Assembly: GCA_030141605.1 (NCBI GenBank)
Contig: JAQGDQ010000660.1
Location: 53,053 to 117,052 of the forward strand
DNA length: 64,000 nt
Direction of reading: 5' to 3'
DNA from: Tubiluchus corallicola
Lineage: Eukaryota > Animalia > Priapulida
The translations under genes were made by a program, and so were the position numbers. Each line of letters starts with the position of its first letter. Within the stretch, counting starts at the first letter, position 1. The notes beneath the pieces are model-generated. The model was given only the letters and a program-made list of their open reading frames with translations, was not told where the DNA came from and did no database searches. Below, piece after piece: positions 42,101 to 51,257 of the stretch.

Positions 42101-45100
42101 TGAAAGTGAGCAGAATTGTCCAAAATATGCGGAAAGGAAAAAGAGAGATGGTAAGTGGTACTTGCTTAAAAACATAAATAAGAAAATTGGATGTTGTTTT
42201 TAATTTCCATTTAATTAAGCATTTAAGTTCATGACTAAGAAACGTGTGTGTTCACATGCTTATACATCACCATGTACTTCACTATTTTATACTATCCAAG
42301 ATGCAAATGCATTTTACTTTCATGATCTATGAGAAATCTTTATCAGCAATATTTTTTGTGTTTTGTAATGTTGGCTTTACAGGTTGATGTTCTTGGTGTT
42401 TTTTCTTTTTTTTTGATTATTTTGCTTTATTAATTGTAAAATTATGCATTAAAAGTGTTCTGGTGGAGGAGCTTTATCTGATGATTTGCTGACTACCAGC
42501 ATGCAGTTAACTCAAGAAAAACAGCACAGTTTTGGATGCACTGGCACTCAAAGGTCGTAGTTATGCTTTAATCATGCGCATAAAATAAATTTATATTGCT
42601 TCCTTGTATATATGTTTGTGTTTTTTGATGTTTATTTTTAGCCCCTCCCACTTTTTACTGATGAATCTGAATGGCTGACTTGGATTAAAGAGAGCAGAAA
42701 AGATGAGAATACTTACCTGAAGCAAATGACAAAACAAATGAAGGAGGTACAGGCGGCAGTACGTAAACTAACGAGACAATTTAAGCCATCGGATCGTCAG
42801 AAATTTCTCAAGTCTTTCTTGCAAGATAAAAAGGCTAAGAAACCTGCTAGAGGTAAAAGAGATGCTACTTCTGTTGCTGAAGCAGAAGGAGATGGGGAGG
42901 AAGAAGCTGAACAAGTAAAGCAGTTTAAGCTGCCATGGTGGTGTACAAATATAGCTTGGACACTAATGATTTGCTCCTCCTTAACAGCATCTGTTTTAAC
43001 TATTATAATTGGCATCAGATACAGCTACTCACGAAGCTTTATTTGGTTATTCTCTCTTGTTGCCTCATTTCTTCTGAGTTTTCTTGTTTTTGAGCCACTT
43101 AAGGTGCTAATTTTGACTATCATTGCTTCTGCTTACATCAAGAAACCCATAGAACTTGAGGACCAACCAACAGATATACAAGTAAAGGATGAGCAAGGTC
43201 TTACAGCATTCTCGGAAAAGGAAGGTCGCAGGTTTGTAGGCAATGCAGTTTTGTTTTTAATTTACACAGCGAAATGTGCAGTTCTTGTGTTATTGTGACT
43301 AGTTCTGTTAAATATAACATCTAACGGCATTTTCTTTTGCTCTGAGCTTAGTACTTAGCAGAATTTATTTATTAAGTTCTTATCAGATCTACTTTTATTC
43401 TAAGACCTGGCCATTCAGCTGCAGCTGTTTTACGTAAATATATATTACAGAAAAGCGACATGGCTAACAATTTACTTCCAATTTAAGTATTATATTGGTA
43501 TCAACAAAACATTATTTATTGCACTGCTGAATAGTTTATAGTAAGTCTTGAAGCTACCATTTAATTTGGTTAAAAAAATCAGTATTTTCAATTACAGGAA
43601 TACTTGGTGCCGACATAAGCCAACACAAGAGGAAATTGATAAAGCAAGAGAAATTGCTGATGCGATACAAAGAAAACAAGATTTACTCAAAGATATCATT
43701 TTACTTACTTCCTACACTCTTGCTTTGGTTTTCTTACTGTTTGTTGTATTTGATCCCAGGTATGTGCGTAATAATACTTTTCTAAGTTAAATCTATTCTA
43801 TTTACCTATGAGGTTTACTAACATTCTTCAGTCTGGCCAAAGCTACCAGTGTCGTATTCTCAGATTAAAATTGAAATATATTTATCAAAGCTAGCAAGAA
43901 GGAAAAATTAGTAAAGAAAATTACTCGTAGACCATATAAGACCATACAGATTATAAGTATAAAACATTTTAAAACTGTACAAGTTTATTGACAAAAATGA
44001 GGACAGTATGTATAGTCAGATATAAATATTTTGCAGCTTCTGGTATTTGGACTGTAAGAAACAGACATGAGCGTCATTAGCTACGAAGTTAGATGTAGCT
44101 AATGTTTGAATCCCTCCAGCTGTTTTAATGATTTTTTTGGACTTAATTATGATAAATTTTGCCCCACCTTTCAAGTTTTTACATCAGCTAGAGGCTGAAT
44201 ATACCTAGTATGGTTTACGGTTAAACAAGACTATGTAATTCTGTGCGTGTCTGAGAGGGTGAGGGTGTATGTGTGTGTGGGGGGGTTGGGTGTGTGTGTG
44301 TTATGGTTTTAAAACTACATCTAATTTTGTAGGTGTTTCCAGATATCTCAAATGGTCGAGGCTGTTCTACTACATTCCCATACCTACACAAAATTTATTG
44401 AAGTAAGTAATTATGAAAGGAAGAATATATTTGCCTTTGTAAATAATTATGAAAAGAATATAGTTGCAATTGAATGCCTGTTACTGTTTAATTGCCTTAA
44501 CAAAACATTAATAGCCAAAAATTGCCAAATTATTATAAATTCTCATGAATACATTGAGACAAGGTGTTATCATAAATGCTCAATATCAAGGTTTTATGCC
44601 TAAAAAGATTCTGGTGGAAAATCATGAATGTCAGTATTGTGCAAAATTAGAAGCACAAGATCGGATGCTTTTCCTCGTATATTACTTGGTACCTACATAA
44701 TATGACATGATAATCCGGCACATGTCAAGCTGGTTTTACTAAATTGTTCCTGTGTTGCATTGATTAGAAGAGAAGATTTCACCAGTATGTGGACATTGCA
44801 AATATTTTATTAATTTATGTAGTGCGTAAATTTTACTTCTGATCTTAATGCACAAAAATGTGCTCGTTTGATCCCTGCTGCTTTTATTACTGTATAATTT
44901 TTATTGTTTAAATAATATAAATATTATTGTAATTTGTAATGTGTTATCATTGTATTGCCACTTCATTTTGAAATTGGTGCAGTAAGGACCAATTGGTCAG
45001 AATTGGTGTAGCGAAGATTAACTGGTCAGAATTGGTGCAGTGAAGCTAAATGGTCAGAATTGGTGCAGTGAAGATAAAATGGTGAAATAACCTTTAACAA

Positions 45101-48100
45101 TTTTTTTTTAATATTGCTATCATTACCCTTGTAGATAGAGGATGTAAAGACCATGTGGCATTACATTGAATACACACTTGTGCCAAGCTTGTATCTGACC
45201 AACCTCTACAACGGAAAAGTGGCGCCACCTGGTTTTACTGATGACTTTGTAAGCAGACGTGTAGGTGTTGTGAGATTGCGCCAACTTCGAATGCAACCAG
45301 GTATAACTAAAATACATAAAGCAGTTCTGTTAAATGTGTATTTTTTTATTATAATAACAATGTTCTTAGGAATGTAGCTGTAGATGCTGTAACACTATTT
45401 GTGGCATTATAGCACCATATATAATTAGCATAGGTGCCATAAATGTTAAGACTAGAAAATTTTTAGATGTTTCATTTGATACATTTTTGTACAGCTCTGT
45501 GCTTATACCTAGAAACAAAAAATGGATTTTGTATTTTAAATTTGCTGACATTTTCTAGGAAAGTGTGAAGTTGTTGCTCAAACGAAAAACATTGATTCAT
45601 TCTGTGTTGGTGCGTATAGTTGGTTAGATGAAGAAACAAGATCCTATAAACCCGGGTGGCGACCTCGTAAATATCCTGCATTTCCTCCAGATGAGTGGAC
45701 ATATCAATCTACAACAGACCTTCTCACATTACCATATGTGGGTTAGTTACTTTCTACTTTTGTTATTTTTGTATATAATTATATATATACAACATAAGCG
45801 TAAGCAGTATGTTTAGAACCATGTCAAAACTATACCAGCATGTAGCAATGATTATTATAAGGCTGCTTTACAGTTTTATGATTCTGTAGTAAAACATTAT
45901 GTTTTATGCATTCAAATGCATGTTTAAATAAAGATTAGGGCAAACTCCTACTGCACATTAATTAATATAATTTTTTCAACCAACACATTCAAAAAGAATG
46001 AACCTATATGGAACTAGTTCCTGTAAATGTGTAAATGTTAGGATTTAGAATGTTGCTCTGAAAACAACCCTAGTTTCAAAAAAAGCTAGACAAACTTATC
46101 AAAAATGGTGAAGGTAATTTGAAGAACAAAATAAAATCAACAGAGAAAATTCCACTAGTTTTGAGCAACAGGTACACACAATCAAACCTCATTATGACGT
46201 ACCTCGTTATAATGCCTGCCTTTTGCCCTGTCCTGATTTCCATAATATATTAAGCATACGAAATACTGTCAAACTCGCCTTCTGCCAAAAGTTTATTGTA
46301 CACAATAAATCTACCTCGTTATAATGCCTGCCAAGATAAAGTACAATGAATTGCTGCTGAGAAACAGCCATTGTGTTGTAAAACCAATGACCTCTGAACA
46401 GAAAAAAACAGTTATCCCATTTAAATTAAGGTTTAGGTCTTGTTGCAGATGACTGTATGAAAGTGAATGTTGAGGTTTTGAACAAGGAAGTTGACGGAAC
46501 ATGCATTAGATAAAAATTCAGACCTAATTGGAAATAGAAAAGAAAACGATTTATAAGTGACGAACCCGTGTGCATGAGAAAAAATAGGTATAGGTTGTGC
46601 TGTCAATCTGAAAGTAATACACAAAGTTATCAATGATACTAATGACCAAGTTTAGCCTAACAGCAAGCCATGCATACTTCATTGTGCTGTGCTAAATGAT
46701 GTTGCATTTGAGGTGCCTAATAAAGGTATAAAGTTTGCTACTATGTCCCACACTTTGTAATGACAAAGTCAAGCTAAAGTTCAACATAAAAATATAAGTT
46801 CTATAAAAAGCTGTACTTTCTTTAGTCGAGGCGCTCCCACAAAATCCCGAAGAGGTAAACTCTCTTGTTAGAAATAAAAGCACTTTGATCCTTCAAGAGG
46901 TGAAAATGTAAGATTGGATGCATATACTAAGTACTAAATAGGTATATTGTGAAGCAGAATTCCAACAAAAATGTTGCTTTAGTTCCGTGGAATGCAGAGC
47001 TAAGAATCTTTTTGCCTCCTGTGCAATTAATGTGAAATGAACCAAGCGATGCTTTGATTTCATTAAAAAGTAAGTTAAGATTATGACTTACAACACTATA
47101 CGTATGTAGGTGAAATTTATTTTGACTGTTTTGCCTCATGATCATTAAACATTGAATTTGTTTGTTTTAGGTCAGTTTGCTGTATATAGTGGAGGAGGAT
47201 ATGTACAAGAACTGTCATCAAACCTTACTGGGAACTTTGCATTAATCGGCAAACTTATTAATTCAAGATGGATAGATGATCATACTAGTGCTATAATGGT
47301 TGAATTCACATTATTCAATTCGAACTCAAACTTGTTTACTATCGTATTCTTAGTTATAGAGTTTAGTGTAACGGGAGGTTTGTTTCCGTCGCACGATATC
47401 TTTACTGTTCACCTTGATCGCTACTCAGAAAGGATTGACTGGTTAGATATTATAAGCAAATGCATTTACTTTATTTTCATTGTGATTTTTACATATAGAG
47501 TATATGTCAACCTAAGTAAGAAGCGTGTGTCATATTTTGTACATTTTGTAGACTGGGTTGATTTGGTCATACTGACGTTGTCCCTAGCAGCAATATCAGT
47601 GATGGGCAGAAAAGCATTCATTGTCGGCACTTTGCTAGATAAATATGCTGAAAGTGGAGATTCGCAATTTGTAAACTTCTACGAAGCTGTTCTCTGGGAT
47701 TCAGCACTTAAATATATTTTAGCCATTCAGTTTTTCATTATAAATTTAGACCTTATTCAGAAACTATCTTGCCATAAGTATACGTCAAAGTATTTATTAG
47801 CATTTGCTATGTCCTTGATAGAATTGCTCAACTTCATTATATTGATGTCATTGGGTGTGTTTATATTTGCGATGCTAGGGCAACTTATGTTTGGCAATAT
47901 TTTGAGAGACTTCCATTATTTTGCGTTAGCTGTCGAGACAGTTTTAAATATGATCTTAAAAAATGCTCAGTTTGAAATATTCGAGGAGACCCGTCATGGG
48001 ACAGCATGGGATTCGATTGGATATGTCTTCTTTGGAGTGTTTATAGCGTGCTTTTTTCTTTTAACGCTTAACATGTTTCGTGCTATAATAATCACTACTT

Positions 48101-48216
48101 ATCATTCTGCAGTCAGAAGTGACAGCGACAAGTACGATGTGTTTACGAAAGCAAAATCTAAAGATCTTAGAAGATTAACAATAGCTGGTGATGAAGATGA
48201 GGCGGAAGATGAGTGA
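1846..48216 (+). CDS. Polycystin-1 family (PKD1-like/REJ-type) receptor-channel subunit, 43 coding exons, 5' end incomplete
   Basis: Exons assembled from AG/GT sites with matching phases: 1846-2025, 3204-3410, 5497-5811, 6729-7019, 11632-11982, 12862-12987, 13424-13606, 15929-16623, 17549-17703, 18164-18273, 19445-19583, 20250-20506, 21270-21365, 22918-23037, 23239-23387, 23602-23710, 24289-24401, 25065-25190, 26338-26429, 26839-26971, 28066-28216, 28582-28682, 29500-29656, 30252-30400, 30560-31436, 31958-32099, 32471-32573, 33888-34008, 36383-36483, 37230-37457, 38258-38378, 39535-39694, 40087-40225, 40360-40467, 40965-41100, 41707-41809, 42096-42150, 42642-43231, 43598-43759, 44333-44402, 45135-45300, 45559-45741, 47171-48216 (TGA). 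Family motifs: REJ AVIYGG..SYDPD, GPS CIYW..W..GC..CQCSHMT, PLAT WHDN, FTRVERL, LPWW, RLRQLR, YSGGGY, LNMF. Exact paralog not assignable. Confidence 0.93.
3815..4128. repeat. Compound degenerate microsatellite (CACAC)n then (CAA/CAG)n
   Basis: Directly visible; explains ORFs 3809-4111 and 3976-4206. Confidence 0.85.
5497..13606 (+). CDS. Four tandem WSC (carbohydrate-binding) domains of the polycystin
   Basis: Each has (Y/L)xGC(W/F/H)...CxxxC...CxC...C...CG(G/S)...(A/V)VY: exons 5497-5811, 6729-7019, 11632-11982 (clearest: LTPQNCKKVCSEKNFGYIGLQYSAECYCGN...CGG) and 12862-12987 plus 13424-13606; all junctions phase 1. Confidence 0.82.
7700..8230. repeat. Degenerate tandem array inside a probable non-autonomous element
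   Basis: Motif CTTT(C/A)A(T/G)TTGAT recurs about four times; CTGGAAAGCATTTGTCTCCTC occurs at ~7771 and ~8029. Confidence 0.6.
8931..10782. mobile_element. pogo/Tigger-like (Tc1-mariner) non-autonomous element
   Basis: TA-CAGTAGGTGCCGCTTAATAGATTCAC at left; GTGAATAAATTAAGCG...TACTG-TA at right; internal minus-strand ORF 10251-10478 (QLTNDEIV...AVKELEK) resembles a Tigger transposase C-terminus. Confidence 0.55.
11161..11215. repeat. (GA)n microsatellite
   Basis: Directly visible. Confidence 0.95.
13820..15880. mobile_element. MITE-like element with inverted arrays of ~15-bp repeats, apparently interrupted by other insertions
   Basis: Array of TTTGGACAC-like units at 13820-13985, reverse-complement GTGTCCAAA-like units at 14860-15165 and again at 15850-15880. 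Confidence 0.55.
15929..23387 (+). CDS. Divergent PKD domain followed by REJ domain
   Basis: VKIKWQMRDG...TYTYFTPGLFEVIVDA resembles the PKD WDFGDG/HxYxxPGxYxV signature; then AVIYGGTRR..LNASMSYDPD, FKWYC, CLLNC..MNPS, NEAP..CTL..EG..F.I.C..DGDTPLTYEF, LPPG typical of REJ. Confidence 0.85.
18422..19095. mobile_element. hAT-type MITE
   Basis: Imperfect TIR TAGGCCTGTAACGATAC / GTACCATTACAGCACTA; 8-bp TSD CTTTTCAT vs CTTTTTAT; subterminal GATAC/GTATC motifs. Confidence 0.75.
21066..21116. repeat. (ATT)n/(CAT)n microsatellite
   Basis: Directly visible. Confidence 0.9.
27440..28003. mobile_element. Degenerate MITE with CAGTGG-type terminus
   Basis: Right end CCCCGGGTGCCACAAGCACTTGCTACACCACTG; matching CCGGGTGC/GGGGTGCC motifs at ~27470-27505; left boundary uncertain. 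Confidence 0.35.
30755..31369 (+). CDS. Cysteine-rich insert (about 205 aa, 31 Cys) within the GAIN domain
   Basis: Open frame inside exon 30560-31436, continuous with GAIN-like strand LYIGI; five N-x-S/T sequons. Confidence 0.85.
31958..34008 (+). CDS. Extra PLAT/LH2 domain upstream of GPS (exons 31958-32099, 32471-32573, 33888-34008)
   Basis: Spliced translation: EIVDYHVATYTANQPDSETSAKVSVILHGYQDSGELNLDISKFARGSTDTFEFKIASIGMVSAVSIWHDNSGGGADWLLDKVAVYKGYLQFTCPCRTWLRGSVNENLQKIPC; matches PLAT consensus Y.V..T....T.A.V...L.G...F.RG..D.F....G....I.HDNSG...W.L..V...F.C..WL. Confidence 0.9.
34380..34482. repeat. Degenerate (GAT)n-type trinucleotide tract
   Basis: gatgctgctgctgctgatgatgatgatggtgatggcgatgac... 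Confidence 0.75.
36383..37457 (+). CDS. GPS autoproteolysis motif and TM1
   Basis: VNFTLYFTQFQCIYWNESGAWSDKGCL|VGPYRSAHQLHCQCSHMTLFGGF then hydrophobic LVLLVVLVTWMIFFVL. Confidence 0.92.
38062..38178. repeat. Array of ~15-bp GTGTCC/CAAATGT units, same family as 14860-15165
   Basis: caaatgtctcgtacc agagtgtcccatgcc caaatgttctgtgac caagtgtctcgtgtt caagtgtgcccatgc. Confidence 0.6.
38258..40225 (+). CDS. Canonical cytoplasmic PLAT domain after TM1
   Basis: AYVITAYTGQKIGSGTTSRVTVILKG...MQRGGKDLFLMTTAYPLGDL..IWHDNRGESPSWFLSELIVRD...WFFVYNNWL. Confidence 0.93.
44972..45085. repeat. Minisatellite, 4 x 28-29 bp
   Basis: Unit AATTGGTGCAGTGAAG(N)AATGGTCAG repeated head to tail. Confidence 0.85.
45135..48216 (+). 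CDS. Polycystin TOP/cation-channel domain and short C-tail
   Basis: VGVVRLRQLR, YSGGGYVQEL, WIDDHTSAIMVEFTLFNSNSNLF, several TM segments, LMFG..DF..F, LNMFRAII; stop at 48214-48216. Confidence 0.95.
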
Positions 48217-49739
48217 TCCCTAGCTAAGTATGTCTCGGTGTAAAACTGCCAGTTTTTCATTAATTCCAACTGCTATGGCTTATAAAATTGTAGGCGCTGC
48301 CTTGGAAAAATTTAAATGTAAATAGTTCAACAAAATTTAAAACACTATCTCCAGAACATTGGAAACATGTTGAAAAAAGGTTTTGTGCACTCCTCTAATT
48401 GAATACCACAAATTATGCATAGATTGATACGTGCTTGGGTTTGATAATCAGATAACATATGATATGTACGTATAACTTTCTATGTGTATGTAATAGATGG
48501 TATCGCACTTTTGTAATTTAGTTGAACCCATTTTGTTTAACCTAAATTAGAGACATTGTTATATCAATACTACAGAAATTTAATTATCATGACATTTTGG
48601 GTTGAAGTTTTAGCTAATCTGACCAGTTTTTTTATTTTCTTTATGGTCTGGTCTAACTTTTAAATACGTAGCATTGAGCGAAGTAGCAAACAGTGATTGT
48701 GGCCAACAATTTGTGATAATTTTAATTATACCGCCTGCCTTAACAAATCTGAGCACACTGAGAGAGACTTCACGTACCATAATACTGGCCATTTTACAAA
48801 TTGTTTCAACTAAAGCAGTGGAAGAACCAAGTCTTTTATCTTATTACTGTATGACAAACCAGGCTGACTCTTCGTAGTTTGACACCCTAGGCAAAAGTCT
48901 TTACTGCCCCCTCCTCATTGGTCAACCACTTACCCCATGGCCCTATCATATTCCCAACTTTGAGTTTTTCTTGCATCATACTATATAAAATTATAATGGT
49001 ATTTGTGTTTTAGGCTTATGCATGTATTATAGTGTACTTAAGAATAGTTAATTACCTACAGCTTGTGCTGCTTGAATTTGAAATTGGACTTATGGCACAC
49101 TTTTTTTATTTTTCATATCTTAAATTCCATCTGAAGACTTAGATTCTTATAGGTTTATCTGCCATAGTTAAATAAATGCTATTGTAAGAAATTTTTTATT
49201 AACAAAAGGGCCATTCTATAAGCACTTAAATAGAAACTGGGTGTATAAGGGTAACTCGTCACTAAAGGAAACCAAATAAAGCAAAAATAGAAGGTGTTTT
49301 GCTGCAGGCAAGTGCCTAGTGGGAAAAGTGGCAGAGCCAGCCCTCCTGCAGATTGTTTTAGCTAATTAAAAGTTTAGACTGTGATAAGTTAAATTGTCAG
49401 TTTGTGATTATAGCTGCTTAATAAGCTATTTGTTTTATGGCTTTGTACACTTAGCTTTTAACTGTGATATTTAGCAGTCATTATAAAATAGTAACAAACA
49501 TTGTTTTTTAATAATAATAATAGATATTTATTTATATCCATGTGTTCATATGTTTGAAAGGTAGTGTTACTGAATATTTATTTACTGTATAGCCTATGTA
49601 TTTTTGTTGAGTTTACGCGTTGTTATCAATAAATTAAGTTTGTTACAGCTAAATACTTGTGTATGGTTTTATTTTTGTCGACTTAAATACAATTCGTCAC
49701 TTAATTTTTAAACAAATTTATGTTTATGCGCAAAAAAAA

Positions 49740-50876
49740 ACTAGTTTTAGGAGGCAAGTTAGAGTTAAACTAGAAGGGCTCTGCGATTGGGCAGTTGAAA
49801 ATGGTATGCAGTCCCATCCCAACAAGTGTAAGGTTGTATCTGTGGAAGCAGGATATGAGTATAAATACGAAATGTATGATGCAAGTGGCAAACTTTTAAG
49901 CTTCTGTGTGTGGCATTTGTGCGATCAAAAGTGGAGTATGGAAGTAGCATTTGGAATAGTCCTTGAGCATATAATATAGTGGACCCAGTCGAAGTGTAAG
50001 GTTGTATCTGTGGGGGCAGGATACGAGTATAAATACGAAATATATGATGCAAGTGGCATCCCGGCAGAACTGGACTTAGTGCTTGTGAGAAAGACCTTCG
50101 ATTATTACTAGATAATAAACTAAATTTTAAAGATCACATAGCTTAAATCATAAAGAATGCCAAACGAAACAATGTTTTAGTAAGGAGGAATTTCAAGTAC
50201 CTAGATCTGCAAACTTAAGCTTCTATATGTGGCATTTGTGCGATCAAAAGTGGAGTATAGAAGTAGTATTTGGAATAGTCCTAGAGCATATAATATAGTG
50301 GACCCAGTCGAAGCTCTCCAAATAAGAGCTTTCAAGATGTTACCGGAATTAATGAACTTGTTGTATAAAAGTCAGTTAAAACGAATAGGTTTGACTACAT
50401 TAGCTTTTTCACGTTTACGTGGACAGCTAATTGATGTATACAAATATGTATCTGGAGTTTACAGCTGTGATAATGATTGTCCTGTTAAATTAGAAGTACA
50501 TCGCACAGCAAGATCAGCTCCTGTTCTTCATAAATCAAGAACTGCACACAAAACTGGTAAATATGACTATTTTTCTTGTACGATGCCAGAGACCTGGAAT
50601 AGATTGCCTTGTGATGCAAGAACAGCAACATCTGTAAATTAATTTGAATCAAAATGAGATAGACACTGTCAACATCATCCATTGAAATTTAATCATCATG
50701 CCTATAACAAGGACGCTGGATTACATATTGTAATGAGAAAACCTGCAAGGTGTTGATGACAATCTAATGTATGTGCAAATGTGCAACTTGTCACAACTAC
50801 AGTGGAAGAACTATTTGTCTCAAATGTTATATTTAAAACTACAGGAGATTTACTACTACTACCACTACTACTACTA
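49740..50876 (+). mobile_element. Degenerate CR1-like LINE 3' fragment with internal duplications and (TAC)n tail
   Basis: Broken frames give WAVENGMQSHPNKCKVV, EKDL..LDNKL.FK.HI, AFVRSKVEY.SSIW.P, RLRGQLIDVYKY, WNRLP; tail tactactactaccactactactact at 50851-50875. Confidence 0.8.
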
Positions 50877-51257
50877 AATGTGAATTAAGTAATTACGTAG
50901 TCTGCACCACAGACATAAAAGTTATCATTAATTAACAGTTATTCTTGCAAATAAGTATTAATTTCGTATGTTTGACATTGCAAATTTATTAGTGAACAAT
51001 GGATTTTTCCAGTGCTTTCTATGTACTTTTACAATATTCTACTTATAGTATACAAAACTCTTTGCAGTTATACTTATTGGATATGAAATAAATGCGGCGC
51101 CTGCTTTTTAATTTTCGACATATTTTATCATTGTTACAGTTACTACAGGCTTTTTAACCCTACCTCAACACTTTATCGTCGAAACGAATTTTCATGTAGA
51201 TGTGATTTGTTGTTTTTTGTAATTTTAATTTATTATCACTTCAGCATGTATTTTTAC

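Noticed and set aside
44972-45085. 28-29 bp repeats resembling a CRISPR array
   Set aside because: Units are head to tail with no unique spacers, no cas genes, eukaryotic intron: a minisatellite.
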